Positions 1-8,708 of a DNA stretch of 64,000 nucleotides are shown here, in pieces; within the stretch, counting starts at the first letter, position 1; every line of letters begins with the position of its first letter. The stretch comes from Ilumatobacter sp. GTDB lineage: Bacteria > Actinomycetota > Acidimicrobiia > Acidimicrobiales > Ilumatobacteraceae. A model generated the notes under the pieces. That model was given only the letters and a program-made list of their open reading frames with translations. It did not search any database and was not told the DNA's origin. The stretch spans positions 65,869 to 129,868 of the forward strand of contig NZ_JBKAGH010000009.1 of assembly GCF_046290335.1 (NCBI RefSeq), written 5' to 3'. Made by a program: the position numbers and the translations under genes.

Positions 1-603
1 GAGGGACTCGAGGAGGGGGGCGAAGGAGTGGACGGGGGCGCTGCGGAGCGTTGAGTCCTTGGCGAGGTCGTCCCAGCGACGGAGGTCGGCGGCCGCGGCC
101 GCACCGTCGAGGGAGCGAAACGCCTCGACTTCGTCAGGATCCATCGGGCCGCCCTGCACGACGAGGCTTGCCACCGATGCCGGCGACAGCGTCGAGTGAT
201 ACGCGTCGTCGACCGCACACAGGTACCGCTTCGCGTCGACGTGGAGGCGGATGGGCTCGGTCACGGCCTTCGGGAACCATGACGACAAGAAACGCGCCGC
301 CACGTCCTCGTGATGCAGATCCCGTTCGAGAAAGTCCGGGCGATCGTCGTGCTCGTCGAGCAGCAGATGGCCGAGGTCGTGTAGTAACGCCGCCGCGACG
401 AGTTCGTCGGACGCACCGGCAGCTCGTGCCAGTTCAGCGGTCTGCACTGCATGCTCGTTCTGCGTGACGGCCTCGTCGTAGTGTTCGCCGCCCTTGGCCT
501 CGAACACGGCGATGATCCGGTCGACGAGGTCGTCGACCTCGGTGATCTGTCGCCAAGGGGTCGCGACCGCGTCGCGAGCGGTCTCGCGGACAGGATCGCT
601 CAC
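1..603 (-). CDS. phnZ: HD-domain phosphonate dioxygenase PhnZ-like; 3' end runs off the window, absent from the ORF track
   Basis: Hand translation from GTG at 603 (GTGA overlap with the upstream stop) gives 201 open codons: EHYDEAVTQNEHAVQ...LLHDLGHL...HHED...LHVDAKRYL...RRWDDLAK, matching the PhnZ di-iron ligand pattern. Confidence 0.88.
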   Translation of the reverse strand, partial: MSDPVRETARDAVATPWRQITEVDDLVDRIIAVFEAKGGEHYDEAVTQNEHAVQTAELARAAGASDELVAAALLHDLGHLLLDEHDDRPDFLERDLHHEDVAARFLSSWFPKAVTEPIRLHVDAKRYLCAVDDAYHSTLSPASVASLVVQGGPMDPDEVEAFRSLDGAAAAADLRRWDDLAKDSTLRSAPVHSFAPLLESL

Positions 604-1424
604 GAGAGCGCTCCGATCTCGCGGAGTTGTTCGACGGTCGGTTCGATCCCGTCGAACCCACCCACCGTGCTCACCCGAGTCGATGGCGCACCGGTCTCGG
701 CGAAATACCGGAGCTTGTCGGCGTAGTACTGCTCACGCAGGTCGCCCTCGCGTGCGGCGTTGTAGGTACAGAACAGCGCCCGGCGCGTCGTCGACGTGAG
801 ATTCGGGCCACTGCGATGCGGAGCGAGCGAATGGAACCACAGCAGATCTCCGGCTCGCATCGGCAGCGCCAGCCAATCGAGACCCACCGCCACGTTCGGA
901 TCGACGCAACCGTCACCGTCGTCGGGCAGCAGCTCGTCGTGCAGACCGGCGACGGCTTCGAGGCAACCGTTGTCGAGCGTGGCATCGTCGATCGCCACCA
1001 TGCACGTGAGATGCATGTCGACGAACTTGTACGCCGGCGCATCCTGGTGGGCGATGAAACCCGCCCCACCCGACAGCTTGTAGTTGATCTTCTCCTTGTA
1101 GAGCACGATCGGTTCGCCGAGCAGACGCCCGCCCATCTCGACGAGCGTGCCCTGCGCGATCAAGTCCCGGAAGCCGCCGTGATCCAGCAGGTTCTCGGAA
1201 CGTGCGATCTGCGGGCCGGCGTCGCCGACCTCGTAGTGCTGCAGCAGACCGCCGTCGCCGTACGGCCGAGTCGCGACGTCGTCGACCCACGACCGCAGCT
1301 CGGCGAGTCGATCGGCGTCGAACACGCCAGGGACATGAAGAAATCCGTCGCGCCGCCACGCGTCGACGTCGAGTTCAACGGCTGGTGCCTGACCCTGGGT
1401 GTTGGGGGTGGTCGAGATGCTCAT
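600..1424 (-). CDS. phnY: PhyH-family Fe(II)/2-oxoglutarate dioxygenase, PhnY*-like phosphonate hydroxylase
   Basis: Start at MSISTT (ATGA overlap with phnM stop). Motifs LYKEKINYKLSGGAGFIAHQDAPAY (HxD), NGCL, distal HRSGPN and RRALFCTYN. Directly upstream of phnZ. Confidence 0.82.
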   Translation of the reverse strand: MSISTTPNTQGQAPAVELDVDAWRRDGFLHVPGVFDADRLAELRSWVDDVATRPYGDGGLLQHYEVGDAGPQIARSENLLDHGGFRDLIAQGTLVEMGGRLLGEPIVLYKEKINYKLSGGAGFIAHQDAPAYKFVDMHLTCMVAIDDATLDNGCLEAVAGLHDELLPDDGDGCVDPNVAVGLDWLALPMRAGDLLWFHSLAPHRSGPNLTSTTRRALFCTYNAAREGDLREQYYADKLRYFAETGAPSTRVSTVGGFDGIEPTVEQLREIGALS

Positions 1425-2692
1425 GAGATGAATCCTTCTGCGAGCGTGTTCGAGGACAGTGTGCCTGCCAGCGGTCGATCGGCGACACCGGCTTGGCTGA
1501 CGACGAGACGGACCGTCGGAATCGATCCGTGGAACTCGACGACGGCGATGTCGCCGCGATAGCCGGCTTCCAGACGGCCTCGATCGGTGAGGCCGACCGT
1601 GTCGGCGGGCCCGAACGTGACGAGGCCGACGGCCGTGGCCAGATCGCAGACACCGCGATCCACCAACGCTGCAACGGCACCGAACAACGTCGACGGCAGA
1701 TAATCGGAGGCGAGGACGTCGCACAGGCCGAGCCCCACCAGTTCACGCGCGCTCACGTTGCCCGAATGGCTCTCGCCGCGCAACGCGTTCGGCCCACCGC
1801 ACACGATCGGCAATCCGTGCTCGCGCGATGCTCGTGCGGCCACGACAGTAGTCGGGAACTCCGAAATGGTGACGCCGCTCTCGAGCGCCTCGTCGATCTC
1901 GTCCACCTCTGCGGGGTCGTGGCACATCAGCCGGATCTTCGACGCCAGTGCCTGCTCGGCCAGCCAGGGAACGGCCCGGTCGCGCTGACCGAGTTGGGCT
2001 TCGCGTGCCTCGAGAATGTCGTCGATGTAGGACTCCGAATCCTCATCCGACAGGCCCTTCACGTCGGCGACGTAGCGCTCGTACCAGCGACGATCGGCGT
2101 ACTGGCCGCGTCCCGGCGTGTGGTCCTCGTACGAGACGAGTGGCGACTCGGCGTGCAGTCCGTGCGAGCGATCGAGGTCGCCGGCACTTCCGGGTATCAG
2201 GTCGGCGAGGCGGTCCTGTAGGCCGGCCAGACCGTCGGCGTCGCGCACGTCGAGTCGATGCAGGATCCGGTGGTCGACGATGGCGCGCCCCGACCGGGCG
2301 ATGCCGTCGATTGCGGCGCACATGGCCTGCGCCTGCTCGACGGAGCGTTCGTACTTGGCTCCGTTCTCGAAGCCGATGCCGTGGTACACGGTGGTGACCC
2401 CGGCGCCGCGGACTCGACCTTCGAACGAGCGCAGCGCGAACTCGATCGGAAGCTCGACGCCGGGCCGTGGTCGCAACTCCTTCTCGAGGCCGTCGGAATG
2501 GAGGTCGATCGCTCCGGGCACGGTGACCGCGCCGCGGGCGTCGATGGCATCACTCGGCCGAGCGGCTCCGGTCGAGACCTCGACGATGAAGCCGCCTCTG
2601 ACGACCACGGTCGCGTCGTGGAGCACTCGATCGGGCAGCACCGCTGTCGTGTTGACGATGGTGAAGTCGGTGGGGGTGGGGACGGTGTTCAT
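1421..2692 (-). CDS. phnM: Alpha-D-ribose 1-methylphosphonate 5-triphosphate diphosphatase
   Basis: Amidohydrolase fold with PGAIDLHSD, SYEDHTPGRGQY, CHD, SEFPT, GGPNALRGESHSGN, LASDY; position in the phn operon. Confidence 0.93.
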   Translation of the reverse strand: MNTVPTPTDFTIVNTTAVLPDRVLHDATVVVRGGFIVEVSTGAARPSDAIDARGAVTVPGAIDLHSDGLEKELRPRPGVELPIEFALRSFEGRVRGAGVTTVYHGIGFENGAKYERSVEQAQAMCAAIDGIARSGRAIVDHRILHRLDVRDADGLAGLQDRLADLIPGSAGDLDRSHGLHAESPLVSYEDHTPGRGQYADRRWYERYVADVKGLSDEDSESYIDDILEAREAQLGQRDRAVPWLAEQALASKIRLMCHDPAEVDEIDEALESGVTISEFPTTVVAARASREHGLPIVCGGPNALRGESHSGNVSARELVGLGLCDVLASDYLPSTLFGAVAALVDRGVCDLATAVGLVTFGPADTVGLTDRGRLEAGYRGDIAVVEFHGSIPTVRLVVSQAGVADRPLAGTLSSNTLAEGFIS

Positions 2693-3474
2693 CAGCGGGC
2701 GACTCCGGTCAGTTCGGGAAGGACGAGGGATGGGGGTCCGGTGCGGACGATGCGACCGGCGTCCATGAGCGCGACGGCCGAGGCGAGACGCGACATCGCG
2801 TCGAGGTCGTGGAACACCGACAGCACGGCGACACCGAGATCGGTCAAGTCGGCGATCAAGGCGAGTGCAGCGTCGCGATTCGTCGGATCGAGCGCCGACA
2901 CCGGTTCGTCGAGCAGCAGCAGCCGAGGTGGCGACACGGTGCCCGCAGCGAGATTGACCCGCTGCTTCTCCCCGCCCGACAGCACGCTCGCGTACACATC
3001 CCAGAGGGACTCGTCGAGTTGCAACCGCGACAGTGCGTCGGCGGCAGCGTCTCGAGCGTCGGCTCGGTCGATGCCACGGAACACCGCTGCGCGCATCACG
3101 ATCTCGATCGGCGAGCGCCGAGGCTCCGGATGCAGGAACTGCGACACGTACCCCAACTCACGGCCCCGCAGCAGCGCCATCTCGCGATCCGGCAACGCTG
3201 CGATGTCGACGATCTCACCCATGCCGAGTCGCAGCTCGACCGATCCCGCAGACGGGAGGTAGGTGCGATAGATGCACTTCAGCAACGACGACTTGCCGGC
3301 CCCGCTCGAACCAGCGAGCGCCACGTGCTCGCCCGGGTGGACGTCGAGATCGACGCCACGCAAGCCCTCGACGACGCGGCCGTCGACGTTGTGCATCACG
3401 AACTGCTTCTCGAGCCCGGTGACACGCAGCACCGGTAACGGTAACGATGCGCCGTCGGAGAGATGCACGCTCAT
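2692..3474 (-). CDS. phnL: C-P lyase ABC-type ATPase PhnL
   Basis: Start MSVHLS at 3474 (ATGA overlap). Walker A GSSGAGKS, CIYRTY, YVSQFL, LSGGEKQRVNLA, LLLDEP. Confidence 0.92.
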   Translation of the reverse strand: MSVHLSDGASLPLPVLRVTGLEKQFVMHNVDGRVVEGLRGVDLDVHPGEHVALAGSSGAGKSSLLKCIYRTYLPSAGSVELRLGMGEIVDIAALPDREMALLRGRELGYVSQFLHPEPRRSPIEIVMRAAVFRGIDRADARDAAADALSRLQLDESLWDVYASVLSGGEKQRVNLAAGTVSPPRLLLLDEPVSALDPTNRDAALALIADLTDLGVAVLSVFHDLDAMSRLASAVALMDAGRIVRTGPPSLVLPELTGVAR

Positions 3475-4316
3475 GCTCGTGCCGCCGCGACCAGACGCTG
3501 GCTGTACGGGTGGATCGGATCTTCGAAGAGTTGGTCGGTCAGACCACGCTCCACGACCCGTCCGTGGTGCATGACGAGACACCTCGTCGTCAACATGTCG
3601 ATCACTCCGAAGTCGTGGGAGACGACCACCGCAGCCAAGCCGAGGTCGTCGAGCAGGTTGCGGATCAGGTCGAGTACGCCGGCGGCAACCGACGCGTCGA
3701 GGCCGGTCGTCGGCTCGTCGAGCAGCACGAGCACCGGATTGTTCGCCAACGCTTTCGCCAACTGGACGCGCTGACGCATCCCGCCGGAGAACTCGCGCAC
3801 GAGATCGTCCATACGGGTGATCGGCACCTCCGTCTTGTCGAGGAGGGCCGCTGCCCGCGCTCGGATGTCGCCGAAGTGTCGCCATCCGGCAGCGGTGAGT
3901 GGCTCGGCGATGTTGCCGCCGGCCGTGATCCGCATGTCGAGTCCTTCGGCCGGGTCCTGGTAGACGATCGACAGGTCGTCGATGCGCAAGGCTCGGCGCT
4001 CGGCGGGCGACAGTCGGAACAAATCGGTCATCCGGCCGTCGTGGCGGCGCAACATCGCGGTGCCGCTGGTCGGCTCCAGGTCACCGGCGATGCAGCGCAT
4101 CACCGTCGACTTGCCCGAACCGGATTCGCCGATCAGCCCGATCGCCTCGCCGGGTGCGACGTCGAACGACACGTCCCAGGCGGCAACGATCGTGCCCGTC
4201 GGGCCGTGCTTGGCCGTGCCGTGTTCGGGCCCGGTCTGCTCGATCGCCTCGGGTGACAGACGTCCGAAGACCCTGCCCAGCCCCTCGACGCGCAGCACGT
4301 CGTCGGACCCGCTCAT
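3471..4316 (-). CDS. phnK: C-P lyase ABC-type ATPase PhnK
   Basis: Start MSGSDD at 4316 (ATGA overlap). GESGSGKS, YQDPAEGL, FSGGMRQR, LDEPTTGLD, C-terminal DPIHPYSQRLV. Confidence 0.92.
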   Translation of the reverse strand: MSGSDDVLRVEGLGRVFGRLSPEAIEQTGPEHGTAKHGPTGTIVAAWDVSFDVAPGEAIGLIGESGSGKSTVMRCIAGDLEPTSGTAMLRRHDGRMTDLFRLSPAERRALRIDDLSIVYQDPAEGLDMRITAGGNIAEPLTAAGWRHFGDIRARAAALLDKTEVPITRMDDLVREFSGGMRQRVQLAKALANNPVLVLLDEPTTGLDASVAAGVLDLIRNLLDDLGLAAVVVSHDFGVIDMLTTRCLVMHHGRVVERGLTDQLFEDPIHPYSQRLVAAARA

Positions 4317-5290
4317 CGCGCCACCCCGTTCTGATCGTCGTGCCCGTTCTGATCGTCGTGCCCGTTCGGCTCGACGTGTTCGTCGGTTCTCGGCGTGGCG
4401 TCCACTCGCTGCCGTCGACACCACGAGGTGTCGCTGCACACCCACCGGTCGCCGCTCGCACCGGGTATGGCAACGAGGTACGACTCGGTCGTTCCACATC
4501 GTTCACACGCCGCGCCGTCGGTGCGCTCGACCTCGAAGGGGACGTCGTCGAACGTCATCGGCACCACGTCGGTGTCGGGCGGGATCGCGTAGATCCGCTT
4601 CTCCCGACCGGCGCCGAACAGCGACAGGAATGGTGCGTGATGCAGGCGGGGGATGTCCCAGCGAGGGATCGGCGTGGTGGCGACGACATAGCGACCACCC
4701 ACCAGGCACGGATACCCGGTGGTCTGGGTGATCACGCCGTTGCGGACCTTGTCCTCGTACAGGCTCACCCACATCTTCGAGTAGTCGGCCTCGGCGTGCA
4801 TCCGGGCGAGTTCGCGCATGTCCCGCTCGACGCCGCGCAACGGCTCGGGCACCGGCACCTGCAAGATGAGGACCTGCCCGTCGCCCAACTCGTCTTCCGG
4901 GATGCGGTGCCGAGTCTGGATCAGCGTCGCTTCCTCCGGCTCGGAGGTCTCGGTCGCGCCGGTCGCGCCCATGACGAGGCGTCGCAGGTTGACCGCGTTC
5001 ACGCCCTCGTCATCGCCCTGGTCGATGACCTTGACGCAGTCGTCGGCGCCCGCGAGCGCCAGCGTGATCTGCAACCCGCCGGACCCCCAGCCGCGAGCGA
5101 CCGGCATCTCCCGCGATCCGAACGGCACCTGATACCCGGGGACGGCGACGGCGGTGAGCACCGCTCGACGGATCTCGCGTTTGGCGTCGTCGTCGAGCAC
5201 GGTCTGCCCGCGAGCCGGGCCGACGAGATCGGCGACCCGGGTCGGCGTCTCGGCGACGGTCGGTGCGTCGTCGGGTGCGATCAGCGTCAT
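4313..5290 (-). CDS. phnJ: Alpha-D-ribose 1-methylphosphonate 5-phosphate C-P lyase (radical SAM)
   Basis: Start MTLIAP at 5290 (ATGA overlap). PGYQVPFGSREMP, RGWGSGG, QTRHRIPE, FGAGREKRIYAIPP, Cys cluster CERC-x19-C-x5-C. Confidence 0.95.
   Translation of the reverse strand: MTLIAPDDAPTVAETPTRVADLVGPARGQTVLDDDAKREIRRAVLTAVAVPGYQVPFGSREMPVARGWGSGGLQITLALAGADDCVKVIDQGDDEGVNAVNLRRLVMGATGATETSEPEEATLIQTRHRIPEDELGDGQVLILQVPVPEPLRGVERDMRELARMHAEADYSKMWVSLYEDKVRNGVITQTTGYPCLVGGRYVVATTPIPRWDIPRLHHAPFLSLFGAGREKRIYAIPPDTDVVPMTFDDVPFEVERTDGAACERCGTTESYLVAIPGASGDRWVCSDTSWCRRQRVDATPRTDEHVEPNGHDDQNGHDDQNGVAR
4325..4367. repeat. 18-bp tandem repeat (about 2.4 copies) in the phnJ 3' end, encoding NGHDDQ units
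   Basis: cccgttctgatcgtcgtg twice, then cccgttc. Confidence 0.85.
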
Positions 5291-6468
5291 GCCGACACCT
5301 GCGCTTCCTGTGAGCGTGCGTGCGGTGAGACGTCGTCCTGCACGAGTGGGCGACGGTCGAGCGGGCCGCGAGCCGCGTCGCGGACCGCCATCTTTCGTTC
5401 GACCATCGAACGGAACGTCACGTAGTGCGGCAGCTTGAGATGCTCCAGGAACCCCGTCGCGTCGAGGCCGTCGGTGGTCAAGAGGAGCGACTGCTCGAGT
5501 TGGCTCCGGCCGGCGTCCCGGTGACATGCGATGTCGAGATTGGCCATTGCGATCGCCTTCTTCTCGTTGTGGCCGAGACACATGCCGTAGCCGACGTCGA
5601 AGCGGGCACGATCCTCGTCGGCCCCGTCGAGGTCCTCGATCGCCTCCACCTCGGTCACGCGTACCGATCCGATCGCGACCGGCTGGCCGGTCATCGGGTG
5701 CTCGACGCGCACCGGGAGACGGCCGTGGCGCACCTCACCGAGCGTGATCTCGTGGAGGTAGCCGTCGGGTCCGAGGATGTTGCGGTACCAGAGGTTGACC
5801 AGCGCCCCCGTCTCCGCTCGTGCCATCACGGCGAGTCGCGCCGAGCGCGGCGCCGGCGGGCGCACGGCCCGTCGGGTGATGTCGAACGGCTCTGGATCGT
5901 CGGTGCGGCGGCGGTCGACGACGAGTTCGAGGTCACGCAGCAGGTCGAGCAGCCGTGAGGGGCGACGATCGATCGCCGCGTCGACGGTGTCCGTGCTGTC
6001 GACGGTGTCGGTGACGGGGCGATGCGGGGCCGACGCGTCGCGCGTCGAGGGTTCGACCATCTGCACCGGAGGATCGAGATCGAGGAGCCGCCCGCTGTAG
6101 TCGGACGTGCGCCCCAACAGTTGTGGGCCGGGCGGTTGTTGATAGGCCGGCACGACACGACGCAGCACCTCGAGTTCGTCGGCATCAGCGACATCGGAGT
6201 ACTCGAATCGCGGCATCGTCGAGCGATGGGCCCGCAGCAGATGCGCCGCCTCGATGGTGTCGCCTTCGGCTTGACGGAGCGCCGCGGCGGCCAGCTCAGG
6301 GTCCCACAACCCGCCTTCGCCCATCACCCGATCGACGGCGGCGCCGAGCCGCTGCGTGATCTGGTCGTCGCTGAGCGGGGTCGAACTCGCCGACTCCCGC
6401 TCGCGCCGGATCAGCGACTCGGCAGCGACGATCGCGTCGCGGCCGCCACGCGCTGCTACGTAGCCCAT
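5287..6468 (-). CDS. phnI: C-P lyase complex subunit PhnI
   Basis: Start MGYVAARGG at 6468. VMGEGGLW, RRVVPAY, LARAETG-like MARAETG, GHNEKKAIAMA, GFLEHLKLPHYVTF. Confidence 0.93.
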   Translation of the reverse strand: MGYVAARGGRDAIVAAESLIRRERESASSTPLSDDQITQRLGAAVDRVMGEGGLWDPELAAAALRQAEGDTIEAAHLLRAHRSTMPRFEYSDVADADELEVLRRVVPAYQQPPGPQLLGRTSDYSGRLLDLDPPVQMVEPSTRDASAPHRPVTDTVDSTDTVDAAIDRRPSRLLDLLRDLELVVDRRRTDDPEPFDITRRAVRPPAPRSARLAVMARAETGALVNLWYRNILGPDGYLHEITLGEVRHGRLPVRVEHPMTGQPVAIGSVRVTEVEAIEDLDGADEDRARFDVGYGMCLGHNEKKAIAMANLDIACHRDAGRSQLEQSLLLTTDGLDATGFLEHLKLPHYVTFRSMVERKMAVRDAARGPLDRRPLVQDDVSPHARSQEAQVSA

Positions 6469-7148
6469 CAGCGTGCTCCTTGGGCGAGACCGATCGAACA
6501 ACTCCGCGGGATGGCGACGACCGTGCCGTCCGGCGCCACGACCCACGCGTCGACGCCAGCAGGAAACGAGCCGTTGAGCGCCGACACGAACTCGAGCACC
6601 GTGCGATCGAGCCCCGCGAGCCCCACGATGCGTCCGTCCGAGGCCCCGGGCCCCGTCACTCGCACGTACAGCACCGGATCGTCAGGTCGGAGCTCGTCGT
6701 CGGAGGCCGCGACGTGGATGTCGTCGCACGCAACGAACAACTTGGCCCCACGCTCGGGCTCGTGGTGGTTGCCGACACGCAACGCGAGCAGGTCACCGGA
6801 GGTGGTGCCCGCTCCGGCGAGCACCAGGTCGGCGGCGGCGACGTCGCTGGTCAGCCGAGCGCCTGTCGAGCGGGCGATTCGACGACCCAGTCCGAGCGCG
6901 TCGTGTTCGTCCGTCATCCGGTCGACACCGACGACCGCGACGGTGACGTCGATGTCGGCGAGCGAGAGCAGGGGAAGCGCGACCATCGGCAGATCGCCCG
7001 TTCGAAGATCGCCCACTCGAATGTCGTCGCCGTTGTCGAGATCGAGCGAGAACGGCCGGCCCGGGTGGGACACCGCGTCGAGCAACGTCCGGAAGACGGA
7101 GAGGGAGGACTCGGGCGTGAGCCGCGGCGCAGGGAACGCAGAGGTCAT
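6468..7148 (-). CDS. phnH: C-P lyase subunit PhnH
   Basis: FRTLLDAVSHPG, EPERGAKL, VTGPG, FPAGVD, AIPRS; lies between phnG and phnI. Confidence 0.88.
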   Translation of the reverse strand: MTSAFPAPRLTPESSLSVFRTLLDAVSHPGRPFSLDLDNGDDIRVGDLRTGDLPMVALPLLSLADIDVTVAVVGVDRMTDEHDALGLGRRIARSTGARLTSDVAAADLVLAGAGTTSGDLLALRVGNHHEPERGAKLFVACDDIHVAASDDELRPDDPVLYVRVTGPGASDGRIVGLAGLDRTVLEFVSALNGSFPAGVDAWVVAPDGTVVAIPRSCSIGLAQGAR

Positions 7149-7149
7149 C

Positions 7150-7590
7150 TCAGTCCAGTTCCTCGAACGTCACGCGGGTCGGAGCGAGTGCAGCCCACTC
7201 TGCGTGCGCCTCGTCGGCGAGTCGCGCCTCCACCCGGTCGCACAGGTCGGCCACGGCCTCGCTGCCGCCGTCGAGTTCGGCAGCAGCGTCGCACAGGGCA
7301 GCGGCGACCGCTGCACCTCGGTCGCAGCCGAGCCGCATCGACCATCCCGCCGAACCGAGCCACATCACCTCGGCGCGGCTCACGACCACCTCGCCCACAT
7401 GGAACCGATCGCGACACACCGGTTCGCGCACTTGCAGCATGACGAGCCCGGTCTCGGGTGGGGAGGTGACGGTCGGAGCGCCGAGTCGTCCGAGCAGGTC
7501 GTCGGCGACCTGCTCCAGCTCGGTGGCCGCCGCGAGCGACAACAACTCGGCACGACGCTCTCTGGTTCGGGCGAGGGACACTTCGTTCAT
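7150..7590 (-). CDS. phnG: C-P lyase subunit PhnG
   Basis: PETGLVMLQVRE, FHVGEVVV, C-terminal PTRVTF; first gene of the operon. Confidence 0.9.
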   Translation of the reverse strand: MNEVSLARTRERRAELLSLAAATELEQVADDLLGRLGAPTVTSPPETGLVMLQVREPVCRDRFHVGEVVVSRAEVMWLGSAGWSMRLGCDRGAAVAAALCDAAAELDGGSEAVADLCDRVEARLADEAHAEWAALAPTRVTFEELD

Positions 7591-7613
7591 GCACCGAGCG
7601 TGCCAGCGCCAGG

Positions 7614-7625
7614 TTGTCTAGACAA
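7614..7625. promoter_or_regulatory. Perfect palindrome TTGTCTAGACAA, putative GntR/HutC-subfamily (PhnF-type) operator
   Basis: 12-bp palindrome just upstream of the phnG start; fits the HutC-subfamily GT-N-TA-N-AC core. Confidence 0.65.
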
Positions 7626-7629
7626 GTAA

Positions 7630-7673
7630 TCCAGGTGAAGTCTCGGCGACGAGTGCCTGAACTCTCGGCGATG
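7630..7673 (-). promoter_or_regulatory. PHO-box-like array of 11-bp direct repeat units upstream of phnG
   Basis: Minus-strand units CATCGCCGAGA / GTTCAGGCACT / CGTCGCCGAGA / CTTCACCTGGA; a 14-bp repeat recurs at 22-bp spacing. Resembles the streptomycete GTTCACC unit. Confidence 0.5.
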
Positions 7674-7694
7674 CGCCGTAGCGTTGCATCTTCG

Positions 7695-8708
7695 ATGACC
7701 GCACCACCCCTGTCGCCCACACCGGCCAGCGAACCTGCCCACACCACCACGACCGGACCTGCGGGCGCGCCCGTCGGTGCGTCGTTGAGCGTCTGGGCGT
7801 ACGTCGCCTTCACCGGGGTGGTCTTCGGCGTCGGCGGATTGCTCGCCAAAGGCTTGATCGATGACGGCGTCGACGCGTTCACCGTCACCTGGTTTCCGTT
7901 CCTGGTCAGCGGTCTGATCGGCATGGCCGCGGCGCTGGTGCGCAAGCAACTGACCGCCGCCGCAGCCGGGCCCGCCATCGTGCTCGGCATCACGGCATCG
8001 GCCGGCCCTGCGCTGCTGTTCAACATCGGCTTCGAAGACCTCCCGGCCGGCATCGTCACGCTGCTCATCTCACTCGGCCCCGTCTTCACGGCCGTCGTCG
8101 CGCACTTCGTGTTCGCCGACGAACGCTTCAACGTCGTGAAGGCGAGCGGCCTCGCGCTCGCCATCGTCGGTGTCGGCGTACTCGCCACCGGGTCGATCGA
8201 CGGTGGCGGCTCGCCGACGAGACTCGCGATCGTGCTGATCGGCGCGCTGATCGCCGGCACTGCCGCCGTGCTCGCCCGCCGTCTGGTGATGCAGCACGGC
8301 GCTGCAGCCCTGATCGGGCCCCAGATGCTCACCGCCGGCGTGGTCGCGCTCGCACTCTCCCCGGTACTCGGCCGCGAGCTCGCACCCGAGGGCGGCTACG
8401 AGACGTGGCACGTGCTCGCGATGGCCGGCTTCGGCGTGTCGACGTACCTCGGGTTCCGCTCGATGCTCATCGCCAACCAGGTCGGCACGACCGGCCAGGT
8501 GTCGGTGATCGGCTACTGCGTGCCCGTGTTCGGCGTGATCGGCGGCATCTTCGTGTTCGGCGACGATCTCACGCTGAGCCTCGTGCTCGGCGGGCTACTG
8601 ATCCTGGTGTCGGTCTGGGTGATCGCCGTCGGCAGCCGCCCGCGACTCCTCCCGGTCGCTGCTCCGCTGCCGACCGCACCGACCGATCAGACACTCACGC
8701 CGCCGTAG
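7695..8708 (+). CDS. DMT/EamA-family transporter (about 10 TM)
   Basis: Two hydrophobic repeats; LGPVFTAVVAHFVFADERF and VPVFGVIGGIFVFGDDL are EamA-type. Start chosen at MTAPPL. Confidence 0.85.
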   Translation: MTAPPLSPTPASEPAHTTTTGPAGAPVGASLSVWAYVAFTGVVFGVGGLLAKGLIDDGVDAFTVTWFPFLVSGLIGMAAALVRKQLTAAAAGPAIVLGITASAGPALLFNIGFEDLPAGIVTLLISLGPVFTAVVAHFVFADERFNVVKASGLALAIVGVGVLATGSIDGGGSPTRLAIVLIGALIAGTAAVLARRLVMQHGAAALIGPQMLTAGVVALALSPVLGRELAPEGGYETWHVLAMAGFGVSTYLGFRSMLIANQVGTTGQVSVIGYCVPVFGVIGGIFVFGDDLTLSLVLGGLLILVSVWVIAVGSRPRLLPVAAPLPTAPTDQTLTPP

